Below, one piece after another: positions 1 through 8,212 of a stretch of DNA of 43,593 nucleotides. Position 1 is the stretch's first letter. Each line of letters opens with the position of its first letter. The stretch comes from Minisyncoccota bacterium (lineage in GTDB: Bacteria > Patescibacteriota > Minisyncoccia > Phycocordibacterales > CAIZLB01): positions 1-43,593 of the forward strand of contig JAIPIA010000002.1 in the NCBI GenBank assembly GCA_021734945.1, given 5' to 3'. Under the pieces are notes generated by a model. The model was not told where the DNA came from, searched no databases, and saw only the letters and a list, made by a program, of their open reading frames with translations. The translations under genes were made by a program, and so were the position numbers.

Positions 1-3000
1 TGTTTGTAAGTGAGACATCAGAGACTGTGAGACCATTGTATGAAGAGTCAGATGACGCAGTGGCACCAGTGATGATTGTGTATGCAACATCACCATCAAC
101 AGAAGCATCATCAACACCTGTGACTGTCACAGTTTGTGGTGTACTCCAGTTTGAGTTTGTAAATGTAAGTGATGCTGGTGATGCAGTACCTTCAGCAGCG
201 TTTGAACTTGAAAGACCGATGGTGACATCAGAAGAAGGTTGTGAATTGAGGACGATTGTAAATGTTGTTGATGAACCAGCTTCTGTTGTTGTAAGGCCTG
301 AAGTTGGAGTAACTGTGACGCCGGGATGAGATATATCTGATACCTGCCAAACCATAATTCTATTAGCTCCAGTGTCAGCAACATACAATCTACCGGAGTA
401 AGAATCAAAAGAAACGTCCTTATATAGCGTAGCTCCGGCTTGAGTTACTGAGGTGAGTGCTGAAGTAAAATTTGACTGCCCCAAGACGTACGACGCATTC
501 ATGCCGTCAGCAATACCACTTGAGAAGTCATAGGCTGTTACTCTCTTTGAAGTATTTTGAGAAACATAGAGCATTTTATTAGCATCGTCATAGGCAGCAG
601 CGTATGGAGCGCTCATTCCTACCTGCGTAGTTGCCGCAGTTGCTGTTGTAAAGCTTGATTGCCCTATCACATTGATTGCATTCATACCGTTTGTAATAGT
701 AGTTGTATTAAAAACAGAAACTCTGTTACCTGCCAATTGGGCTACAAACAGATATTTATTAGTAGGATCATATGCAATACCTCGAGGCCCATTGAGACCA
801 GATTGTGTTGTTGCTGCAGTCGCCGTTGTATACAATGTTTGTCCAATCACATACGAGGCATTCATATTATTTGTAATACCACTTGAGAGGTCAAAAACTT
901 TAACTCGGTTACCGGTCGCTTCTGAAACAAAAAGGTATTTACGAGCTGAGTCATAAGCAAGACCTCTCACAGCATTTAATCCTGATTGAGTACTTGCAGC
1001 TGCAAATGTGGTGAACCCAGCCTGCCCTAACACATACGATGCATTCATACCGTCAGTAATACCACTTGAAAGGTCAAAAATTTTGACCCGATTTCCCGGA
1101 TTTTCACCAACAAAAAGTAAACTATTAGCCTCGTCATATGCCAAAGCAGATGGCACGTTTAAGCCAGACTGTGAATTAACTGCTGTGTTAGTGTAATAAT
1201 TTGGTTGACCGAGGACATAGTCTGGAATATGGTCCACGGGATTATTACTTGAATCAAGATTATAAATTAAAATACGATTGTTACCAGTATCAGACAAAAA
1301 CAATCGATGATTTACAGAGTCAAAAGCCGTACTTCCTGAATTATCGGTTGTGAGAGATATACCTAATTTGTTTGGACCATTATTGATAGTCAAGTTTGTA
1401 TACACAGGCTGTGGATTGGATAAACTATCATCATATTGGCCTATCCCATTAACGGCATTCGCTCCATTAGAAATAGTAGATGGATCAACATTAAAAATTG
1501 ACACTCTATTGTTACCAGTCTCTGCAACATAAAGTAGCTGATTTGCCGTGTCAATATATGAACCTGCAGGACTATTCAATGCACTCTGAGTTACACCAGC
1601 AGCGTTTGTAGTGAACCCAGCCTGTCCCAACACATACGATGCATCCATGCCGTTTGTGATACCGCCTGAAAGATTAAAGACTTTGACCCTGTTACCTTCC
1701 GTTACAAACAAACGATCATTAACATCATCATACGAAATATCATTTACTGTAGTAAATCCAGCCGCAGTATTGGTTGTTGAAACAGCAGTATGAAAATCAG
1801 GCTGACCGAGAACATAGTCAGGAATATGATCTATAAGTAAATTTCCTACCGTAAGGTTGTATACCAATACTCTGTAATTTAGCGAGTCCGCAACAAAAAG
1901 CCTGTGATGAACTCTGTCGAGTGACACCTCTGTTGGATTGCTCATACCCAAACGGTTTGGTGAATTGTTTATAGTGCCTTTTGTCCATGCGGGTTGAGGA
2001 TTCGAGAGACTATCATCATATGCACCAATCAAGTTAATTGCATTCATGTTATCTGTAATAGTTCCACTTGCATCAAAAATGTTTATTCGCCCATTTGATG
2101 ATTCAGACACATACAACCTACCATTTGATGAATCAAAATGGACTCCGTTCGCATCTCTTGTGGAAGCCTGAGTTGTAAGTGCAGCTGCAGCAGTAAAACT
2201 CGGTTGTCCTAACACGTTTGTAGCACCCATTCCATCAGTGATACCTGAGGACAAATCGTACATAGTCACTCGACGCGAGCCTTGCTGCGCAACATAAAGT
2301 CTTTTGTTTGTATTATCATAGGCAACACCATACGGGCCACTCATTCCTACCTGCGTAGTTGCAGCGGTCGCTGTTGTAAATAACGATTGACCAATGACAT
2401 TGATTGCATTCATACCGTTTGTGATAGTAGTTGTATCAAATACAGAAACTCTTTGACCTGTAATTTGTCCAACAAACAAATATTTATTGGTAGAATCATA
2501 CGCAATGCCACGAGGCGAACTTAATCCACTTTGGGTTACAGCAGCAGTTGCGGTTGTATACAAAGTTTGCCCCAAGACGTACGACGCATTCATACCGTTT
2601 GTAATACCACTTGAGAGATCAAAGACTTTGACTCGGTTACCAGATGATTCAGAAACAAAAAGGTATTTTCGAGACGAATCATATGTAAGTCCTGATGGAA
2701 GACTAAAACCACTTTGGGTATTTGCAGCAGTTGCGGTTGTATACAAAGTTTGTCCCAATACATACGACGCATTCATGCCGTTTGTGATACCACTTGAGAG
2801 ATCAAAGACTTTGACTCGGTTGCCTGTAGATTCCGAAACAAAAAGATATTTATTTACACCATCGTACAAAACATCTCTTGGCGCGCTAAGGCCTGACTGA
2901 GAGTTAAGGGCTGTATTTGTATAAAAATTTGATTGGCCAATCACATAATCCGGGATACGGTCTACCAAATAATTACTCGAATCAAGATTGAAAACTAAAA

Positions 3001-4051
3001 CACGGTTGTTTGTGGAATCTGCCACAAACAAAAGATGAGCGACAGAATCGGTCGTCACAGAACCTTGAAAACTCGCTGCGATACTTATACCAAGTCTATT
3101 TGGTCCATCATTTGCAAGTGTTTTTGTGTACACAGGTTGTGGATCAGATAAATTATCATCGTACTGACCTATTGCGTCAACAGCATTTGAACCATTTGCG
3201 ATAGTTAGTGGATTCACATTAAAAATTGATACTCTGTCAATTCCCCCTTGTGATACATAAAGTAAATTATTGTCCTGGTCATAACGCATTTTAGATACAG
3301 TAGCGAGTCCCGACTGAGAACCGGAAGATGTGTTTGTAGTAAAACTAGCCTGCCCCAATACATATGATGCATTCATTCCGTTTGTGATACCTCCGGAGAG
3401 ATCGTATATAGTTACACGATTTCCATTTGCGACAAATAGACGCTTATTTACATTGTCATACTCTACACCTACTAGTGCAGCAACAAGACCATTTTGGGTG
3501 ATAGCAGACGTATTACTATGAAAGTCAGACTGGCCTATCACATAATCTGGAATATGATCCACAAGCAAATTACCCGCGGTCAGATTATAGACCAATACTC
3601 GGTTGTTGCCTGAATCTGAAATAAATAACCAATGGTTGGTAGTGTCCTGTGCAATATCTGATGTACCAGTTAAAGAAAGCCCTAACGAGTTTGGACCATT
3701 GTTCGCTCCAGATTTTGTATACACTGGCTGCGGATTACTGAGGCTGTCGTCGTATTGACCAATAAGGTCAATTGCATTCATACCGTTAGATATGGTCGTG
3801 TCTGCATATAATATCGAGCCGATCGGATTGAGTGCTATACAAAATATTAAAACACTAGCAATAGCTCTATTACGTAAATCATAAAGCGCCTTTTCAGCAT
3901 TGTTCCAAGCTTGACCAGTTAGTGCAAGATAGATGCAAACCATTTTACCAAAAATGTTTAACTCAGAAGTTTTGAGGACAATCTTAACTTTTTTTAGCCT
4001 GTTTTTAATGGTATAAAAACAAAGCTTGCTGATTCGATATAAGGTGAGCAT
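1..4051 (-). CDS. Large surface/secreted beta-propeller (NHL-like repeat) protein, 1350 aa visible, C-terminus beyond the left window edge
   Basis: The minus-strand frame is open from ATG 4051-4049 to position 2. An in-frame TGA lies just upstream at 4057-4055, and an alternative ATG is at 3943. There is no stop in the window, which explains its absence from the ORF track. The frame was checked at both ends by hand; the last residues read ...GLTVSDVSLTN. The N-terminal hydrophobic anchor is AIASVLIFCIALNPIGSILYA. It is followed by 18 blades of about 60 aa with signatures GMNASYVLGQ, HIPDYVIGQ, IGQYDDSLSNPQPVYT and NRVxVF(D/N)L. The tail is a T/S-rich Ig-like module: VTVTPTSGLTTTEAGSSTTFTIVLNSQPSSDVTIGLSSSN...TVTVTGVDDASVDGDVAYTI. 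Confidence 0.85.
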   Translation of the reverse strand, partial: MLTLYRISKLCFYTIKNRLKKVKIVLKTSELNIFGKMVCIYLALTGQAWNNAEKALYDLRNRAIASVLIFCIALNPIGSILYADTTISNGMNAIDLIGQYDDSLSNPQPVYTKSGANNGPNSLGLSLTGTSDIAQDTTNHWLFISDSGNNRVLVYNLTAGNLLVDHIPDYVIGQSDFHSNTSAITQNGLVAALVGVEYDNVNKRLFVANGNRVTIYDLSGGITNGMNASYVLGQASFTTNTSSGSQSGLATVSKMRYDQDNNLLYVSQGGIDRVSIFNVNPLTIANGSNAVDAIGQYDDNLSDPQPVYTKTLANDGPNRLGISIAASFQGSVTTDSVAHLLFVADSTNNRVLVFNLDSSNYLVDRIPDYVIGQSNFYTNTALNSQSGLSAPRDVLYDGVNKYLFVSESTGNRVKVFDLSSGITNGMNASYVLGQTLYTTATAANTQSGFSLPSGLTYDSSRKYLFVSESSGNRVKVFDLSSGITNGMNASYVLGQTLYTTATAAVTQSGLSSPRGIAYDSTNKYLFVGQITGQRVSVFDTTTITNGMNAINVIGQSLFTTATAATTQVGMSGPYGVAYDNTNKRLYVAQQGSRRVTMYDLSSGITDGMGATNVLGQPSFTAAAALTTQASTRDANGVHFDSSNGRLYVSESSNGRINIFDASGTITDNMNAINLIGAYDDSLSNPQPAWTKGTINNSPNRLGMSNPTEVSLDRVHHRLFVADSLNYRVLVYNLTVGNLLIDHIPDYVLGQPDFHTAVSTTNTAAGFTTVNDISYDDVNDRLFVTEGNRVKVFNLSGGITNGMDASYVLGQAGFTTNAAGVTQSALNSPAGSYIDTANQLLYVAETGNNRVSIFNVDPSTISNGANAVNGIGQYDDSLSNPQPVYTNLTINNGPNKLGISLTTDNSGSTAFDSVNHRLFLSDTGNNRILIYNLDSSNNPVDHIPDYVLGQPNYYTNTAVNSQSGLNVPSALAYDEANSLLFVGENPGNRVKIFDLSSGITDGMNASYVLGQAGFTTFAAASTQSGLNAVRGLAYDSARKYLFVSEATGNRVKVFDLSSGITNNMNASYVIGQTLYTTATAATTQSGLNGPRGIAYDPTNKYLFVAQLAGNRVSVFNTTTITNGMNAINVIGQSSFTTATAATTQVGMSAPYAAAYDDANKMLYVSQNTSKRVTAYDFSSGIADGMNASYVLGQSNFTSALTSVTQAGATLYKDVSFDSYSGRLYVADTGANRIMVWQVSDISHPGVTVTPTSGLTTTEAGSSTTFTIVLNSQPSSDVTIGLSSSNAAEGTASPASLTFTNSNWSTPQTVTVTGVDDASVDGDVAYTIITGATASSDSSYNGLTVSDVSLTN
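345..2075 (-). repeat. Propeller super-repeat 2 (blades 10-18, same A-B-C-A-B-C-C-C-C order)
   Basis: It starts at SGTITDNMNAINLIGAYDDSLSNPQPAWTK and ends at ...GANRIMVWQV. It is about 1.73 kb, the same length as unit 1. Confidence 0.7.
2076..3805 (-). repeat. Propeller super-repeat 1 (blades 1-9, order A-B-C-A-B-C-C-C-C)
   Basis: Blade types from my translation are A = IGQYDD..PQPVYTK, B = HIPDYVIGQ, C = GMNASYVLGQ. The same nine-blade order recurs once more downstream. Confidence 0.7.
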
Positions 4052-4118
4052 GCTTCATTCAATTGTAACAAATTTTACAACACGAGTCGACTAAATAATG
4101 ACGAAGTTGAGCCTTATT

Positions 4119-5495
4119 TTAAGCTAATCCCTCAATTACCTCCCATGTTTTAGCTCCATGACTCCCCTTACATAAGATCACGTCATTATTATTCGCGTTA
4201 TTCTTTAAATATTCTATGCACTCAGCATTGTCCTTTACATAAATCAGACTAGTCTGAGCATTATCTTCAGCAGGTTCACTTCCATTTTCAAAACTATCTG
4301 CAATATTTATAAGTATCAATTCAGAAACACCATACTCATTTGAGGTATTTACAATTCGCTCATAACCAGTGTGTAGATAGTCACCGAGCTCCTTCAAGCA
4401 TCCAAGCACCATAATTTTTCGTTCATTTGGAAAAAGTTCTTTCATTGCTTTTATAGCTGCAATAACTGAATCTGGATTTCCATTATATGTGTCATCAATA
4501 ATAGTTGCAGAAGTTTTTGTGTCGGTCGCTCCATGCACAATTTCAACTCTCGAAATACTAAATCTACCCTTATCATTTTTTGTTTCAGCAAGACCTTTTA
4601 CAATTTGTTCAGCAGTAACACCAAATTCGTGTGCAATAGTAGCAACAAGTAATGCATCGGCAATTATATGAGGAGCTTGAATACCAATTTGATTCAATTT
4701 TGATTGAAAATTTAAAAACTCAGCTCCTAGGCATTCAATATGGTTAATATCTACAGCTGCTTTGCGAGCCTTGGTCCGCTCAAGTAGATATTCTGCATAC
4801 TGATCAGCCTTTGGTACTACATATAGTCCATCCTTTGGAAGTGCTAACGCGACAGATCCTTCTTCATCTGCAATAGCCTCCAGCGTGCCAAAAAACTCGA
4901 TATGAGCAGCCCCAATGCTAGTTGTGATACCGAATGAGGGCTTTGAAATATCACAGAGGAGCTCAATTTCTCCAGGATGATTTGAACCTAGTTCAAGCAC
5001 AGCTATTTCATGCGTTGGTTTAATAGCCAATACAGCAAGTGGAAGTCCAATAAAATTATTTAAATTACCCTTTGTGTACGCAACTTTTTCAATACCATAT
5101 TCATTAGTGCCGTATTTTTGCATCAATACACTTGCGAGAAAGTTTTTTGTTGTAGTCTTGCCATTGCATCCCGTAATAGCAATTATAGGAATTTTTAAGG
5201 TGTCTCTATATTCAGTTGCGAGTTGTTGCAATGCTTTTATAGTGTCTTCAACTTTCAAAAGTTGCTCACCGTTCAATTCGGACAATTCAGACGGTTCAAA
5301 CGGTTGAAACAACTTAAAGTCATTATTTACAACACAAATTGCAGCGCCTTTTTCGAGTGCCTGTGCAACAAAATTATGACCATCAAACTGATCACCCTTT
5401 ATTGCAAAAAATATATCTCCAGATTTTATAGTTCGTGTATCAGTCGACACACTCATTTCTCCTGTTTTAATTTTTGAAATTATTTCATCAAACAT
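4119..5495 (-). CDS. murF: UDP-N-acetylmuramoyl-tripeptide--D-alanyl-D-alanine ligase
   Basis: It has the Mur ligase P-loop AITGCNGKTTTKN and the MurF-like N-terminus VSTDTRTIKSGDIFFAIKGDQFDGHNF. I chose the internal ATG at 5495 (MFDEIISK...) over the track start 5591, because residues 1-32 look non-coding and overlap a perfect palindrome. Confidence 0.9.
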   Translation of the reverse strand: MFDEIISKIKTGEMSVSTDTRTIKSGDIFFAIKGDQFDGHNFVAQALEKGAAICVVNNDFKLFQPFEPSELSELNGEQLLKVEDTIKALQQLATEYRDTLKIPIIAITGCNGKTTTKNFLASVLMQKYGTNEYGIEKVAYTKGNLNNFIGLPLAVLAIKPTHEIAVLELGSNHPGEIELLCDISKPSFGITTSIGAAHIEFFGTLEAIADEEGSVALALPKDGLYVVPKADQYAEYLLERTKARKAAVDINHIECLGAEFLNFQSKLNQIGIQAPHIIADALLVATIAHEFGVTAEQIVKGLAETKNDKGRFSISRVEIVHGATDTKTSATIIDDTYNGNPDSVIAAIKAMKELFPNERKIMVLGCLKELGDYLHTGYERIVNTSNEYGVSELILINIADSFENGSEPAEDNAQTSLIYVKDNAECIEYLKNNANNNDVILCKGSHGAKTWEVIEGLA

Positions 5496-5538
5496 CTTTA
5501 TTTTTATATTGATATTTAAATTTATTTTGTGTGTTCCT

Positions 5539-5574
5539 CTCATGTACCCAAAGTGTATACTTTGGGTACATGAG
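5539..5574. other. Perfect 16-bp-arm palindrome P1: ctcatgtacccaaagt gtat actttgggtacatgag
   Basis: Read directly from the sequence. It lies 71 nt downstream of the stop at 5645 and 44 nt upstream of the murF ATG. No U-tract follows it on either strand. Confidence 0.9.
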
Positions 5575-5644
5575 ACATACATAGCACACAACCTCTACGT
5601 TATAGACTCCACACTACAGAACAACCTTCATATCAGTCGCACTC

Positions 5645-6514
5645 TTATTTTACCAAAGTTGCTTCAATACACATAAACATTGGAATCTCCTTTCGCGCCT
5701 CATCTTCTGCTTTTGCTCGAGGCCCTCCCTGACTTTTCTTATGAGATGACCATTCTTCGAGCTTTGTAATAGAAAATCCGTTCTTCGATAAGAGTTTCAT
5801 AAAAACTTGAAGTGGTCTGTGGTATGAAATTGTGTATTTTTTATCTCGCACTCGTTCTTTTGGAATACCTGGATTCATATCAATTTTAATAGTACCTTCA
5901 CTCAGGTATTGATACACGACTCGCCCTTGTCTATCTCGATTTGTACTACTTGGTCGATCATCATAAAACCAATCAGACGATTGCGGAATTCTAAAAGATG
6001 GATGATTTATAACAAGCACCAATCGGCCGTAAGTTACAGCAGGGCTATCTTTGATGTCTCTTTTATTTTTAATAGAAAGTCCAACAATGTCCTGTTTTTT
6101 TGGCCGTCGGAGAATTCGCGCGATTTCACTGAATGTTTTATCTAACTCCTTTATATTTTGTGCAGCAAGAATACACATAGCAGTATCAACCGTAGACGAT
6201 TGGATAAGACTTAGATCATCAGCACTTGAAACATGGAACTTTGCATTATTGAGTTTTTTTTCAGCGAATCGATCCTCAGCTTTCCGAATGAGTTCTGAAG
6301 AAATATCAACACCAACAACACGAGCCTTTTGGAGAGCTACAGCTTCTGCAAAATATCCCTGTCCACAAGCAATATCAGCAATATAATCGCCAAAACGTGG
6401 ATTTACTATACGTAGAATATTTGGCAAAATAACGTTCTTTTGATAAGAGTCCTCTGAACCGAGATAATCGTCATACCAGTCTGCAACCTTTCCCCAAGAT
6501 GTGTCGTGTTTCAT
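5645..6514 (-). CDS. Class I SAM-dependent methyltransferase
   Basis: It has the motif I-like IADIACGQGYF followed by VVGVDIS. The start is set at MKHDTSWGKVADWYDDY (ATG 6514); the track start 6547 is possible. Confidence 0.8.
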   Translation of the reverse strand: MKHDTSWGKVADWYDDYLGSEDSYQKNVILPNILRIVNPRFGDYIADIACGQGYFAEAVALQKARVVGVDISSELIRKAEDRFAEKKLNNAKFHVSSADDLSLIQSSTVDTAMCILAAQNIKELDKTFSEIARILRRPKKQDIVGLSIKNKRDIKDSPAVTYGRLVLVINHPSFRIPQSSDWFYDDRPSSTNRDRQGRVVYQYLSEGTIKIDMNPGIPKERVRDKKYTISYHRPLQVFMKLLSKNGFSITKLEEWSSHKKSQGGPRAKAEDEARKEIPMFMCIEATLVK

Positions 6515-6589
6515 ATATGTAGTAGTTTTATGTATGCAATATAGCACAAAAAGCCTATTTTAGGGCATTTATATTAGACTATGTTAAAT

Positions 6590-6618
6590 TTGCTCATATC
6601 TGCATATCATGTTATAAT
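6590..6618 (+). promoter_or_regulatory. Sigma70-type promoter TTGCTC-N14-TGt-TATAAT for the atypical gene at 6736
   Basis: -35 ttgctc is at 6590-6595, the extended -10 tg at 6610-6611 and tataat at 6613-6618, giving a 17-nt spacer. Confidence 0.6.
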
Positions 6619-6649
6619 TTTTTAAAGAAGGTTCTTTGAAAAGCGAGTA

Positions 6650-6714
6650 TTGACGTAAGAATTTTTTACATATTTATCTTAGTTGGATGACTGTGTGCAG
6701 AATCCTTACGTCAA
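6650..6714 (+). other. Inverted repeat TTGACGTAAG ... CTTACGTCAA in the predicted leader of the 6736 gene
   Basis: The perfect 10-bp arms are at 6650-6659 and 6705-6714, separated by 45 nt. Confidence 0.8.
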
Positions 6715-6735
6715 TTCGATTCCCATCGAAAAGAC

Positions 6736-7089
6736 GTGAGCAGTCCAACACTCACCCTCAACAACAACCCGATTATGCCCACATATCCACATGACCCAGA
6801 TCCATGGGTCACAAGCCATCCACCAGCAAGTACCCACCCAGTTGATCAAACAGAAGTCAACTACAGTGTCGCGCTCAGATACCTCAGCTGGATGGTTTTC
6901 TGGCTCGCTGTGCTCGCATTCGAGTACTACACGGGCTTCTCTGCTGGAGTCGGAGAAATCACCGCAAGCAAAGACATGCAGACGATCGTCAAGTTTGGAC
7001 TCTTCTGGATTCCAATCATTTGCACTACTATATGCGTCCTCTGTGGTCTATGGTCGCTGTTCCCAAAAACGCGCCCACGCCAGCCATAA
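6736..7089 (+). CDS. Hypothetical two-TM membrane protein, compositionally atypical (island a)
   Basis: 117-aa ORF with a GTG start; the alternative ATG at 6773 gives 104 aa. Hydrophobic segments are LSWMVFWLAVLAFEYYTGF and FGLFWIPIICTTICVLCGLWSLF. C-ending codons dominate. Hand count of 6736-6795 gives 30/60 GC, against 20/60 for 7441-7500. Confidence 0.65.
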   Translation: MSSPTLTLNNNPIMPTYPHDPDPWVTSHPPASTHPVDQTEVNYSVALRYLSWMVFWLAVLAFEYYTGFSAGVGEITASKDMQTIVKFGLFWIPIICTTICVLCGLWSLFPKTRPRQP

Positions 7090-7133
7090 CGGCGGAATCG
7101 CGAAAGCGAAGCTGCCAGTACACGCAAGTGTAC

Positions 7134-7173
7134 AAAAATACCCTCCGGTTCGTCCTGAGGGTATTCTTATTTT
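7134..7173. terminator. Bidirectional Rho-independent terminator between the convergent 6736 gene and the YtxH-like gene
   Basis: Stem aataccctc (7137-7145) pairs with gagggtatt (7157-7165). It is flanked by an A-run and by cttatttt. A second small hairpin, gtacac gcaa gtgtac, precedes it at 7118-7133. Confidence 0.8.
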
Positions 7174-7206
7174 CTACTTTTTATTTTATATAGTTTCTAC
7201 CAACCC

Positions 7207-7674
7207 TTACTTCTGCACTGCCTTCACCGCGTCCCCTGCAACTTTTACTGTAGCTTTCTTTGCTTTTGCGCTAGTACTAGCAACTTTAGCAGCTACTTTC
7301 TTTACAACTTTCTTTCCAGCACTGAGCTCTCGCTTAATATTTTTCCACTGTGACTTGAGCTCTTTTCCTACAAGAGCGAGTTCTGTTGTGTCAACAGACT
7401 TAACGCTTTCGTACTTTTTCATTACAGCGTCGATAGCTTGCTGATATAGATTTTCGTCGATTTCCTTTATCTTTTCAATTCGTTCGAGTACTTCACCTTT
7501 TGCTTTGAGAGCCCAACCCTTTACTTGCTTGATTTTTTTCTGAGCAGCCTTATTTCCATGAATAAAGTATGCACCTGCAGCGGCAGCTACTAAACCTCCA
7601 ATAATTGCGATACTTGCACCTGAACCAGACTTAGGTGATTTTAAAGATCCTGACTTAGCGTTTTTGTTTGCCAT
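7207..7674 (-). CDS. YtxH-like general stress protein (N-terminal TM plus Lys/Ala-rich helices)
   Basis: It has the TM segment ASIAIIGGLVAAAAGAYFI followed by coiled, K-rich sequence typical of YtxH-domain proteins. Confidence 0.7.
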   Translation of the reverse strand: MANKNAKSGSLKSPKSGSGASIAIIGGLVAAAAGAYFIHGNKAAQKKIKQVKGWALKAKGEVLERIEKIKEIDENLYQQAIDAVMKKYESVKSVDTTELALVGKELKSQWKNIKRELSAGKKVVKKVAAKVASTSAKAKKATVKVAGDAVKAVQK

Positions 7675-7842
7675 GTGATTTTTTGCGAAAATATAAAATT
7701 ATCCTGAATAATGCATATGACCATGCGTGTACAGTATATCACGCTCAATAAAAAGCATTGGATTGTAATCTTACCTATGAGCCTATCGAAGATAGATGTA
7801 CTAAATTCAATACTATTTAATTCTTAGACTATCGTGATTAGA

Positions 7843-8196
7843 CTACTCCTCGTCTTTGTCAGTATGTGATGCTTTTTTATTCCGCCCAGTACGTGATTCA
7901 TGTCGAGCATTTGAACCTCCTGTGAATTTACTTGTTACTTTATTAAGAAAAAAACCTGTAGCAAATTTCCAGAAATTTGAAACTTTCTCACCTTCTGATT
8001 TTACCCTTTCGCGCAGTTCAGCGATATCATCGGCAACATTGTCACTCTCTTTTTTAAGTTTATCAGCAATATATGAAAAAGCTCTTACAATTTTTACTAC
8101 GTAAGTCAAAATAAGTATAAGTAGTATAGTAAGCAGAATTAATGCTATCGTTGTTATGAAAAAAAATATATCTGCATGTATAAGTGTGTTGTCCAT
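7843..8196 (-). CDS. Hypothetical single-pass membrane protein with a charged helical tail
   Basis: 117-aa ORF with the TM segment IFFFITTIALILLTILLILILTYVV. Confidence 0.65.
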   Translation of the reverse strand: MDNTLIHADIFFFITTIALILLTILLILILTYVVKIVRAFSYIADKLKKESDNVADDIAELRERVKSEGEKVSNFWKFATGFFLNKVTSKFTGGSNARHESRTGRNKKASHTDKDEE

Positions 8197-8212
8197 ATGT
8201 TTATATTATATA

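Noticed and set aside
27-3521. The dozen plus-strand ORFs of 60-137 aa in the track (e.g. 672-956, 2487-2900, 3330-3521) with recurring peptides such as CPNTYDAFIPFVIPLERSKTLTRLP.
   Set aside because: They are antisense shadows of the repeated blades of the minus-strand propeller gene. The minus frame is continuous across all of them and has a recognisable repeat-family signature.
6791-7444. A 217-aa plus-strand ORF overlapping island a and the YtxH-like gene.
   Set aside because: It reads straight through the bidirectional terminator at 7137-7165 and runs antisense through the YtxH-like gene. The 6736 frame has the TM helices and the strong third-position C bias.
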